Part shown: piece by piece, positions 10,998 to 21,634 of the stretch
Numbering within the stretch: the first letter of the stretch is position 1
Layout: each line of letters opens with the position of its first letter
Source of the DNA: Octopus sinensis
Taxonomy: Eukaryota
Length of the DNA: 29,960 bases
Reading direction: 5' to 3'
Assembly (NCBI RefSeq): GCF_006345805.1
Contig: NW_021832704.1
Coordinates: forward strand, 1-29,960
Notes under the pieces: model-generated
What the model saw: the letters and a program-made list of their open reading frames with translations, nothing else
What the model was told of the DNA's origin: nothing
Databases searched by the model: none
Made by a program: the position numbers and the translations under genes

Positions 10998-12151
10998 ATA
11001 TCTGTGAAAGTCAGTCAAGTGTGATCAGATGGTGGTATTTAACTTGCTGACCGATCAAATCGAACCCGCGAGGTGAGAGATGATCCTTTTGCCATGCTTC
11101 CACACAGTTTCTGCCTAAAAATTTCGTTCGTACGAGTTTTGCCAATGTGAAATCGCAGTAAAAGACGCGTGACTTCAGTAAAAGAAGTGTGACCACGACA
11201 GAAGTGTAGCGAGACTGAAATTGAAACCGCAGCTAAGAAACTGTATGTCTTAAGCACACCTATTCGACATTTTATCGATGTTTTGATATCACACTAATGT
11301 TTTATACAAAATCGATCTCTATTATAATATGATGATTGCAACACTGAAAACGCCATGGATATTTTGAAGCAATATAAATTTACACTGACATGGAAGCATT
11401 GATGCTTACCAAAATGTAATATTGGTAGGGTTGTCTTGATAAAAATATTTCGTTAGTTCCTTAGAGCGAGCTTCTTACACCCACTCCATTTCTCTATTCG
11501 TATTTTCAGTTGTGGTCTCATAATTTAGAAACATACATCTACGTGTATGTAATTTGCAATCTAAGATCTGAAAAATTAATTATAATTTTCTATTGATACG
11601 AGGTTAATGCATGAGATATTTTGAGTAATGATTTCTAGGACAGTTCCATGGAGCGGTAATTTGTACAGGTATTTCGTTGAAGACGATTGTGTATCATAAT
11701 GACGGCTAATTTTTCTTCTTTGTTAAAGTCGCACATGTTTTGTAGGAATTCACCGAGCATAATACAGAGAGTGTCACTAGTTTGAGGAGTTTGATAGACG
11801 GTTATGCTAAAGAAATATTTTCGGAGAATGCTTCATTGACAACAATCTTTGAATAGACAGATCGACCCCCCACTCCACCCCATCCCCATCCTGCCATCTC
11901 CTCCCTTTATGCTCTGTGGTGTCCTTCTTTATAGAAAGAGAAAAATAAAACGTACAAAATGTTGTTATACAGAATTTATGGCCATTTATGAAAATACAAC
12001 AGAAATACACCCGGTAAACTCGCACGTACGTAACATGATTTCACACAGGGAATAATACATACATACATACATACACACACACACAAACACAAACAATATA
12101 TATATATATATATTATATATAAGATATATATATATATATATGTATATGTAG

Positions 12152-12191
<40 letters not shown>

Positions 12192-12592
12192 GTATATATA
12201 TATATATATATAGTATGTATATATATGTGTCAGTATGTATATATGTATATATATGTATTGTCTGTATGTATATTGTATATATATATATGTATGTATATAA
12301 GTATGTATATATATATGTCAGTATGTATATATGTATATATATGTATGTGTCTGTATGTATATATGTATATATATATGTATGTATATAAGTATGTATATAT
12401 ATATATATGTATATATATATGTCTGTATGTACATATATATGTGTACGTATGTAACATATGGTGATGTGGGTGTGAATGCGTGTCCGTGTATGTGTATGTA
12501 TGTATATTAACACATACACAGACGCGCACAATACATATGTCAACTTAATATACTTTTTTGTTGATTCTACCTCTATTGGATCTGTACACTAT

Positions 12593-12641
<49 letters not shown>

Positions 12642-13086
12642 TATTTACATATTTATTTATATATTCGTACAACACAAATAGGATAAATAGAACCTCAAAG
12701 GATCGGAATATTTATGTATTTTCATTATATTTAATACCCAGGCTTCCTGCACGAAACACTCGGCCTTTGAAGCAACTTGTAAGTTTTGTTGATTATCATA
12801 CGGAGTGTTCGAGCTAAACGAAATTTATGATTTCTTTTTTCAGGAACAGCTTTATGTATTGGTGAAAAGTTAACGGCGTTGGCGAGCATAAAGATAAAAG
12901 ATGTAGTTAAAAAGAAATTGCCAGCTGACACGGGGCACTGGAAGCCATCTGATTGTTGGTAAAGAGTTACCTGTATCAAGAAGATTGCATTGGGTATCAA
13001 AATGCTGACATCATGACACCTGCCCAATGCTCCCTGAGCACTTTAAAGTCTATAAGACCTGACAGACAGCTGGAACGGAGACTGCG

Positions 13087-14073
13087 ATGCCATTGTCAGT
13101 AGGAAGTGGCGCAGCAGGGGCTGACTGCGTGTGCATGCTGGAATTCGGCCTGAGCTTGCAGGACACGGTTATGGAAGATCCAAGCAAGGGAATCCTGGCT
13201 TTCACGAGGCAGATGGGTACTGATGTCATCACCATGAAGATGGTCCTAAATAAGGACCTGCGTTACAACTCGTTCAAGAGGCGCAAGGAATAAAATTTTA
13301 CAGTCAAGGACAAAGAAAAGCTCTTGACAAAGACAAAAAAGCTCTTTAAGAACTTGAGATAACATCCCCGGGATGTTGTTATTCTGAAACGAAAAGAAAT
13401 TCTGCCAGGATTAGTTGCACAACACCAAGGAAGGCAAGTGGCTTGCCTGCAATCCATGTAGTGTTCCACGTGTCATGAAAACCAAGTTCCTCCGAACCGT
13501 GAAAGCCTTCGTGTGTGTTGTCATTGATGGCGACATCATGCCGCCCCACATCTTAGAACAAGGCCTTAGTCTCAATTTAGGTGGATATTATGAAGATAGT
13601 GGAAACTGTGGTCAAACCCTGGCAGTAGAAGGTTGCTGTTGGAAGTAGAAGGTTGTGTAGCAAGTGCATTCGGCTCACCCAGAAAGAGTCTGTAGTGATT
13701 GTCGCAGGGTTTCTGCGACGTTTCCAACAGCAATTTCTGGCCTCCTAATTTCTCCTCTTGTAATTTCATAGATTACCATGTGTGAGGAGCAGTGGAGGAA
13801 GACGCCAACTGTCCTGCCTGCATCAGCAAACCTGAGTTGGTGGTTAAGAACAGGGAGGAGTTGGAAGATCCTCCCAGGGACAGAGTGAGGCACGTAGGTG
13901 CCAGCATTCGGAACCATCTTGAGCCGATGGTGGAGGCTGAGGGCGGCTACTTTTGAATAGAGTGCTATCGCCCGTCCATAACCAAGTTATTTTAATTTTT
14001 AAAATACTTTAGTTTTGGATGGAAAACTGTTTTCATTTATTTTTCATGGAAACTCAGATTTCCTTAACACCCC
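13087..14073 (+). pseudogene. Decayed Tc1/mariner-superfamily transposase (resembles maT/DD37D type), many stops and frameshifts
   Basis: Across frames: DLRYNSFKRRK, KWLACNPCSVPRVMKTKF, DGDIMPPHI, WPPNFSSCNFIDYHV*GAVE (cf. WPPxSPDxNPxDY), LEPMVEAEGGYF ending near 13960. A TIR-like end gatttccttaacacccc lies near 14073; no matching left TIR found. Confidence 0.85.
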
Positions 14074-14301
14074 AAACATACATACATACATACATACATA
14101 CATACATACATACATAACAAACAAACAAACAAACAAACAAACAATGTAAACCCATTTCTTACTATTGTGTGTGTGTGTGTTTTACACACACTGAACTCAA
14201 CACATGTTTTTCATTCTCTCTCTATTTATGTTCTGTTTCCTTTCTGTATCAAACTAAAATGCTTGCTTGTTGTTCCTACAACTTTCCTATAAATTTGAAC
14301 T

Positions 14302-14332
<31 letters not shown>

Positions 14333-14367
14333 TATATATATGTTTTTTTTGTTTTGTTTTGTTTTTC

Positions 14368-14548
14368 CAGTTTCAGCTCTTGAGCTGTGGCCATGCTGCG
14401 GCACCGCCATTGTGGTGAAAGAGTACAGCAGGGATCACCACCCCCTGCCGGAGCCTCGCTCAATAAACACACACAACGCCCGGTCTGAGAATCGAAACCG
14501 CGATCCTGCGACCGCGAGTCGCTGCCCTACCACTAGGCCATTGCGCTT
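14368..14548 (-). mobile_element. Short chimeric SINE: family-B-related tRNA head joined to a family C 3' tail
   Basis: Minus strand: A-box tggcctagtgg, B-box ggtttcgattc, body ending ctctttcaccacaa, then tggcggtgccgcagcatggccacagc..ctgaaac, which matches the family C end at 16205-16242. Confidence 0.75.
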
Positions 14549-14572
14549 ACACACACACACACACACCACACA

Positions 14573-14648
<76 letters not shown>

Positions 14649-14651
14649 TAT

Positions 14652-14701
<50 letters not shown>

Positions 14702-14954
14702 TATATATATATAATATGTATATGTAGGGAAAGAAAGAGAAATGAAAGTTAGATACCACTCTGGGTATATAATGAGCAAAACAAGGATAATTTAACAAAA
14801 TGAAGCTAAAATAAATGGTTGACTGGTGACCCAGTTGCTTAGATGAATAATACCATATTCCTACCCGGCTTTAGGTGGGATTACATAAGGTGCATTGATT
14901 TGTATTTTTGTCGATAGCTTGAGTAACAAAACTGGGGAGGGTAATTATATATTT

Positions 14955-15150
14955 TCATACAGTTCTATATTTAAGAGATGAGGAATTATGTACATTAGTT
15001 GCATTATTTACACTTGACGGATATTTGTCCTCATCTTGTTTGTTGTTAACACAACGTTTCGGCTGATATACCCGCCAGCCTTCATCAGGTTTCTTGGGAA
15101 ATTTCGAACCGGGGTTCTCATTCCTAAGGTATTTTTCGGCGCTGTTATTA
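14955..15150 (-). mobile_element. Short Penelope-like pseudo-LTR-type repeat carrying a minimal hammerhead
   Basis: Contains aacgtttcggctg..cagccttcatcagg and abuts (ATT)n. The Penelope link comes from the motif type only; boundaries approximate. Confidence 0.5.
15048..15093 (-). ncRNA. Minimal type I hammerhead motif
   Basis: Minus strand: GAAAC-CTGATGA-A-GGCTG gcgggtatat CAGCC-GAAA-CGT-T-GTGTT. 5-bp stem II, loopless palindromic stem III ACGU, GUU triplet, stem I 4/5 paired. Confidence 0.65.
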
Positions 15151-15153
15151 TAC

Positions 15154-15154
<1 letters not shown>

Positions 15155-15216
<62 letters not shown>

Positions 15217-15221
15217 TATTA

Positions 15222-15258
<37 letters not shown>

Positions 15259-15272
15259 CATTCTTCTTCTTC

Positions 15273-15368
<96 letters not shown>
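15155..15368. repeat. (ATT)n microsatellite
   Basis: Direct reading. Confidence 0.97.
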
Positions 15369-15380
15369 CCTTAAGTTAAA

Positions 15381-15600
15381 GTTAAAAGAAAAGTGTCACT
15401 GTCATCTAGTAAACGATATTTCGAACTCTTGTGTGTATTCAACAGGTTCAAAAATAATTTTGTCAATCTTCTTCATTTTGGTTAATATGGAAAGGATCGA
15501 GGTAACTCCTCATGAAGATGAAGAGTCAAAATTAAAAGAAGAGTGCCTTTGTCATCTAGTGAACGATATTTCGACATATGACCCAGTCGTTAACAGCGCG
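15381..15600. repeat. 44-bp direct repeat at 150-bp spacing (15381-15424 and 15531-15574)
   Basis: gttaaaagaaaagtgtcactgtcatctagtaaacgatatttcga vs attaaaagaagagtgcctttgtcatctagtgaacgatatttcga. Confidence 0.85.
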
Positions 15601-15798
15601 GGCTACTAGCCACAAGAATCCGAGTTGAATTTCAGGCAGTGATCTGAATGATAATAATAATAACAGCAAAAACATTGTTTATATTTGCGACAAAATATGA
15701 ACCTCAATCTCTTCCTCATTTTTCTAAAAGACGGAAACCGTACTAAAACGTACTTAATAATAAAATTATTTTAGCATTTTCTACTTTGTCGTATTTTC

Positions 15799-15829
<31 letters not shown>

Positions 15830-15866
15830 GCATATATATACATCATATATATAAACATATATATAT

Positions 15867-16253
15867 GCTGTGTGGTAAGTAGCTTGCTTACGAACCACAT
15901 GGTTCCGGGTCCAGTTCCACTGCGTGGCACCTTGGGCAAGTGTCTTCTACTATAGCCTCGGGCCAACCAAAACCTTGAGATTGGATTTGGTAGACGGAAA
16001 CTGAAAGAAGCCCGTCGTATATATGTATATATATGTATGAGTGTGTATATGTTTGTGTGTCTGTGTTTGTCCCCCCAACATCGCTTGACAACCGATGCTG
16101 GTGTGTTTACATCCCCATAACTTAGCGGTTCGACAAAAGAGACCGATAGAATAAGTACTAGGCTTACAAAGAATAAGTCATGGGTTCGATTTGTTCGACT
16201 AAATGCGGTGCTCCAGCATGGCCACAGTCAAATGACTGAAACATGTAAAAGAG
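15867..16253 (+). mobile_element. tRNA-derived SINE, family C, near full length, with internal (TA)/(TG) tract
   Basis: Head gctgtgtggtaagtagcttgc..ggttccgggtccagttcc, then accttgggcaagt (resembles the MIR/CORE-SINE central motif), tail gactgaaacatgtaaaagag. Homologous to 19304-19633, 17201-17637 and 25190-25330. Confidence 0.9.
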
Positions 16254-16790
16254 TTATATATATATATATATACATAAACACATATGCACACATGCACGCA
16301 CACACACATACACACACACACACATGGGGAAACTGACTCTATGCCTGCGTTTGCATTTATGTGTATACGAAAGATTTTATGTACCGAATGAACTCTAGAA
16401 GAGAACTATATAAAATGGTGGTGGGGGAAGAATCCATTTTGTCTCCCTAATCAATAGGGAACCACAGGGTGCCTGTAGCGAGACACTTCACTTGGCACAG
16501 ATTTAAGAGAAGGGGACACAGAGAGATGAAGAAATGATCTGGAAATTTAGTTCAACACGTGTCAAGTCAGACGTTAAAACGTCATAAAAAGTCTTTTATA
16601 TTCAAGATTCATATGTGTGTGTGTGTGTATATATAAGTATAATATATATGTGTGTGTATAAAAGTGTAATATATATGTATGTATATGTGTGGGGTTGTGT
16701 ATCTATGTGTATGTGTGTCTTTGTGTGTGTTTTTATTTGTATATAAGAATATGTAGATATATGTATATCTTATACATGTACATACATACA

Positions 16791-17096
16791 TTGTTGTTTT
16801 GTTTGTTCCTTCTCTAGCCACGCCTGGCTCATCAGGGCCGGTTTCCCGGTTTCCTTGGCGTATAGGTTCCCCACCTGGACGGGACGCCGGTCCGTCGCAG
16901 GTGGGCTGCAAGATGCAGGTGAAAAGAGTGAAAGTTGTAGCGAAAGAGTCAGCAGAAGTTCGTCATTACCTTCTGTCGGAGCCGCGTGGAGCTTAGGTGT
17001 TTCGCTCATAAACACGCATATCGCCCGGTCAGAGATTCGAACCCGCCATCCCTCGACCGCATGTCCGCTGCTCTAACCACTAGGCCATGTGCCGCC
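16791..17096 (-). mobile_element. SINE family B, full length
   Basis: A-box TGGCCTAGTGG, B-box GGTTCGAATC, (AAC)-rich tail. acatacataca on both flanks (16780-16790, 17097-17107) is a possible 11-bp TSD in low-complexity sequence. Confidence 0.93.
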
Positions 17097-17200
17097 ACAT
17101 ACATACACATATATATATATATATATACACAAACAAATGTAAAAACACAAACACACACATACACACACACACACATACACACTCACACATATATACATTT

Positions 17201-17413
17201 TATTCTTTCACTTGTTTCAGTCATTTAACTGCGGCCCTGTGGGAGCACCGCCTTTAGTCGAAGGAATCGACCTCCAGAGCTTGTAAGCGTAAAACTTATT
17301 CGATCGGTGTTTTTTGCCGAATTGCTAATTAATGGCGGCGTAAACACACCAACATCGGTTGCAAAGCGACGGTGGGAGTGTGGGACAAATACAGACACAC
17401 AAACATATACATG
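17201..17413 (-). mobile_element. SINE family C, 3' half
   Basis: Reverse complement aligns with 16050-16250. Confidence 0.85.
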
Positions 17414-17491
17414 TCTGTCTGTGTTCAGGCTGTCTTTGCACAGGGGCCATCCGGACTCCCACCTTTGCTGTGAACAGGAATTAATCTTATA

Positions 17492-17637
17492 TATATATAC
17501 ATGGACCCAGGTTTGCCTGCATGGGGAGGGGTTTACTTGCCAACAACACGGTTTCGGATTCGGTCCCACTTCGTACCTTGGGAAAAAGGATTTTGCTATC
17601 GCCTTAGACCGACCAAAGCCTTTTAAGTGGATCTGGC
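17492..17637 (+). mobile_element. SINE family C, diverged 5' head, opposite orientation to the adjacent 3' half
   Basis: ttgccaacaacacggtttcggattcggtcccacttcgtaccttgggaaaa..gaccgaccaaagccttttaagtggatctgg aligns with 15885-15992. Confidence 0.7.
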
Positions 17638-18287
17638 TTATTTCCACGTGTCGAACTTTTCTCATCCTCACTTCGTATTGGGGTCTACATCTCTATTCCA
17701 GACATTTACATCATCTGTATGGCCCAATGGCATTATACATTCTGCTGAAATGATGTTGCATTGGGTTGGGGTGCCCTTGTTTATGTCATTTTCTATTGTA
17801 ACGTTCTGCTGTTTTTTCTCAGATCCAACGTACGTCTCTCCATTTTAGCAAGAATATTTATAAACTACATAATGAACAGAGTTTTTCACTTTTTAAGAAT
17901 TTTTCTGTGACGTATTTGATTAAGTGATTACGTTAACGCAATTCTTATTCTTTCACGAGCCTATTAGATGAGAAATATTCTCTAAAAGTTTAACAATGTC
18001 TATGATCCTGACAGAGAGACCAGGACTCTTTAGATTAACATCTTAGTGTTTTCCGACATCATCTGCCAGTTGTATGGCGGGTTAATAAATCTACTTTGTG
18101 CTATATTTTTCTTCTTTGTGTTCCTTTGTCCCTTTTCTTTGCAATTAACTTTGCTCGCGATGCACCTGGCTGGTCTATCTAATTGTCTACCCACCTGCGT
18201 AATATAGACTCACATAATAAAACGTACAACATGGCCTCTAGTAGACCGAATTTTTTGGGGTCGTTTCTTCTAGGCGCTTGTGAACAT

Positions 18288-18598
18288 GTTTGTTGTTGTT
18301 TGTTCCTTCTCGAGCCGCGCCTGGCTCATAAGGGCCGGTTTCCCGGTTTCCTTGGCGTATAGGTTCCCCACCTGGATGGGATGCCGGTCCATCGCAGGTG
18401 AGCTGCAAGATGCAGGAGGAAAGAATGAGAGAAAGTTGTGGTGAAAGAGTCAGCAGAAGTTCGTCATTACCTTCTGCCGGAGCCGCTTGGAGCTTAGGTG
18501 TTTCGCTCATAAACACGCATATCGCCCGGTCTGAGATTCGAACTCACGATCCCTCGACCGCGTGTCCGCTGCTTTAAACACTAGGCCATGTTCTCTCA
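18288..18598 (-). mobile_element. SINE family B, full length, with perfect 13-bp target-site duplication
   Basis: cgcttgtgaacat at 18275-18287 and 18599-18611. Body homologous to the other B copies. Confidence 0.95.
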
Positions 18599-18872
18599 CG
18601 CTTGTGAACATAGTCATTTCGTATTCGCCAAGCGACGAGACGAATCCGCACGCTGCAACGTAGTATATTTGTCGTTGTGGACATTTGAAATTCGTAGATG
18701 AAAACTTTAAGGAAGCCCCTGAGACAGACCGAAAGTGAGAACAGGTTTTAATTCTGTTTATAGAATACACTTATCACGTTTCCTAGTCTAACACCTGGAC
18801 GTTTTTTTGCACCTTTAAAAGGATCTATCCACTTGCCTTAGAAATGCTTCTAATTACAGAACATAAATTAAA

Positions 18873-18940
18873 TACGGAGATGTACTAACATAGCAAGTGT
18901 TTTGATCTGAAACAGTGTGCTGAAACTAAAGGGACTGCAG
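18873..18940. mobile_element. Family F fragment without the hammerhead end
   Basis: tacggagatgtact..tgatctga..tgctgaaac..tgcag aligns with 9917-9980. Confidence 0.65.
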
Positions 18941-19303
18941 TTTAGAACACACAAGGCTAGTATTTAGAATCCCACAAAGACCTTTAACTTGGCTGTAACT
19001 TGTATGACCTTGAGAGCAACTATAAGACATTTTGTTATGTCTTATAGTTTAGGAATATTGAATGCACTTACTAGTAACCTACTGGACATATTCTAGTTGT
19101 TACTAGTGACTAATCAGTGCTACATGCTTGTCCCCACATGGTAGTATTACCATGTATTGATCATTTGGTTGTGGATTTTATTGTAATCGCTCTGTACTCT
19201 CAGTTTAGTATTATACATTTTATATTGAGTACTTTTTCTTTGTAAACTTGTAAAGTCAAATCATCATAATAAATACAGAGTAAACGATATTAAATACTCA
19301 GGA

Positions 19304-19633
19304 ATGTTCCGGCTTCAGTCCCACCCTGACACCTTGTTCAAGTGTCTACTACTTAGCCTCGGGCCGTCCAAAACGTTGTGAGTGGATTTGGTAGACGGAA
19401 GCTGAAAAAAAAAAGCCCTTCGTATATATGTATATTACTTGCCCCACCCCGACATCGCTTGACAACCAATGCTGGTGTGTTTACGTCCCCGTAACTTAGC
19501 GGTTCAGCAAAAGAGACTGATAGAATAAGTACTAGGCTTAAAGAGAATTAGTCCTGGGGTCGATTTGCTCGACTAAACGCTGTGCTCCAGCATGGCCTCA
19601 GTCAAATGACAAACAAATAAAAGAATAAAAGAA
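19304..19633 (+). mobile_element. SINE family C, 5'-eroded
   Basis: Collinear with 15900-16253. Confidence 0.88.
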
Positions 19634-19650
19634 TGGTATCAACATTATAG

Positions 19651-19862
19651 GGCGGCGATCTGGCAGAATCGTTAGCGGTATTTCGTCTGCCGATACGTTC
19701 TGAGTTCAAATTCTGCCGAGGTCGACTTTGCCTTTCGTCCTTTCAGGGTCGATTAAATAAGTACCAGTTACGCACTGAGGTCGATGTAATCAACTTAGTC
19801 CCTTTGTCTCTCTCTTTGTTTATCTACTCCATGTTTAGCCTTCTGTGGGCAATAAAGAAATA
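19651..19862 (+). mobile_element. SINE family A with internal deletion of about 21 nt
   Basis: Collinear with 953-1167 except for the missing segment after tcgttagc. B-box gagttcaaatt. Confidence 0.88.
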
Positions 19863-20562
19863 AATATGGTGTCAATATTTTCATCGCTCAAAACTGCGAC
19901 CTGTCACTGATGCAGCAAAAATAGTTTGTCGTTAAACAGGTAGCGGTTTCGAGACACGAAACATCTGACACCATTTTACAAATAAATGATTTAGTGAAGC
20001 TCAAGGCCCTTCTGTGTTTTTCACACACCCTGCAATAACTATTAAAACAAATAAATATTTCCAAATTGCTTTCAGCTTGTCCTGTACCTTACAAGGACGT
20101 AAGTAAAACTCGGCAGGTGTAAGTTTTGAACTCACAACCTTGGACACAAAGTAACATAACTCATAACAGTAAGGCTATTTAGACAGGTGTTCTACAATTT
20201 CTGCTGGTGCCTCTTACCTTCTGCCTTGCCATCCCCCATCTGCGCGCCACCGCCTGCTCTCTATTACAAACACATGGAAGCATGTATTAGTCTATTATTC
20301 CTTGTAGTCAAAGTTATTTATTGTGTTTTCAACAAAGCTCTGTCTCTTATTACAATATATTTCCGGACACTTGTAGTCTTATCTTTAATTGGAGTTTGAA
20401 TAATTTCATTCTATTTACGCGTCTGTCTCTGTTGTGTATGCGTCTGTGTATGTCTGTGCATTTATATGCGAGGCTTCGTGTATTTGTGTGTGAGAACGTA
20501 TGTAAATGTATGCATATATATCTATACACATACGCACAAACGCACATACAGTCATGTACATA

Positions 20563-20632
<70 letters not shown>

Positions 20633-20681
20633 GAAATCTAATAAAAGTTTAATACGAAATTCATCTACTATTAATTAATAC

Positions 20682-20717
<36 letters not shown>

Positions 20718-20795
20718 GCATGTATACACACACACATATATATATGTATATATATGTGTATATAAAATATATGTATGCATATATATATACATATG

Positions 20796-20826
<31 letters not shown>

Positions 20827-21330
20827 GTATATATATGTATGTATATATATGTAAATATAAATATATATATATATATTATATATATTATATGTATGTGTGT
20901 GTACCGTTTACTTTATCTCTCGCTGTTCTTTTCTTTCGGTTGTTTTCTTGCTGTTTCTCTTTTAGTATATGCACACAACAATAGACTAAAACAAACAGTA
21001 TCGTCTACAGACAGATCATAGCGCTGAACGAACGTACGTCTAGACGGAGAAGTTACATTTGCAACTAAATACAGAAACATATACAGCCAAGTTCTTTGCC
21101 TGACATACAAATTCCTTACACTTCTTTACTATATTCCAAGCAACAACAACTTCAAAAAATTATAAAATGAGACGGTAATATAACAAAATCATGTTAGAAT
21201 TACATTTTCTTTCTTTTTATGGTAGTGAGAATAATATTTTGTCTGAGCATTTTAGCGGCGCATTTTATACGGTGTTAAAATTTTATCATTATTTCATCAT
21301 CATCACCGTCATCACCATCATCATCACCGC

Positions 21331-21362
<32 letters not shown>

Positions 21363-21486
21363 CATCATCATCATCAACAAAATCATCATCATCAACAAAA
21401 TCCTTCCCCTTCTTCTCCTCCTCATCATCATCTCATTATCATTGTCATTATTTTATAACCGTTATTGTTGCTGTAGTTGTTGTTGT

Positions 21487-21501
21487 TATTATTATTATTA
21501 C

Positions 21502-21542
<41 letters not shown>

Positions 21543-21571
21543 TATTATTATTATTATTATCATCATCATCA

Positions 21572-21620
<49 letters not shown>

Positions 21621-21634
21621 CATTATTATTATTA
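21487..21634. repeat. (ATT)n microsatellite at the 3' end of the retrotransposon
   Basis: Direct reading. Confidence 0.97.

Noticed and set aside
16805-16850. CTGATGA-GCCA..TGGC on the minus strand in the SINE B tail, hammerhead-like
   Set aside because: No GAAA follows the stem, and the other two copies read cttatga and ttctga. It is better explained as a 3' stem-loop of the SINE.
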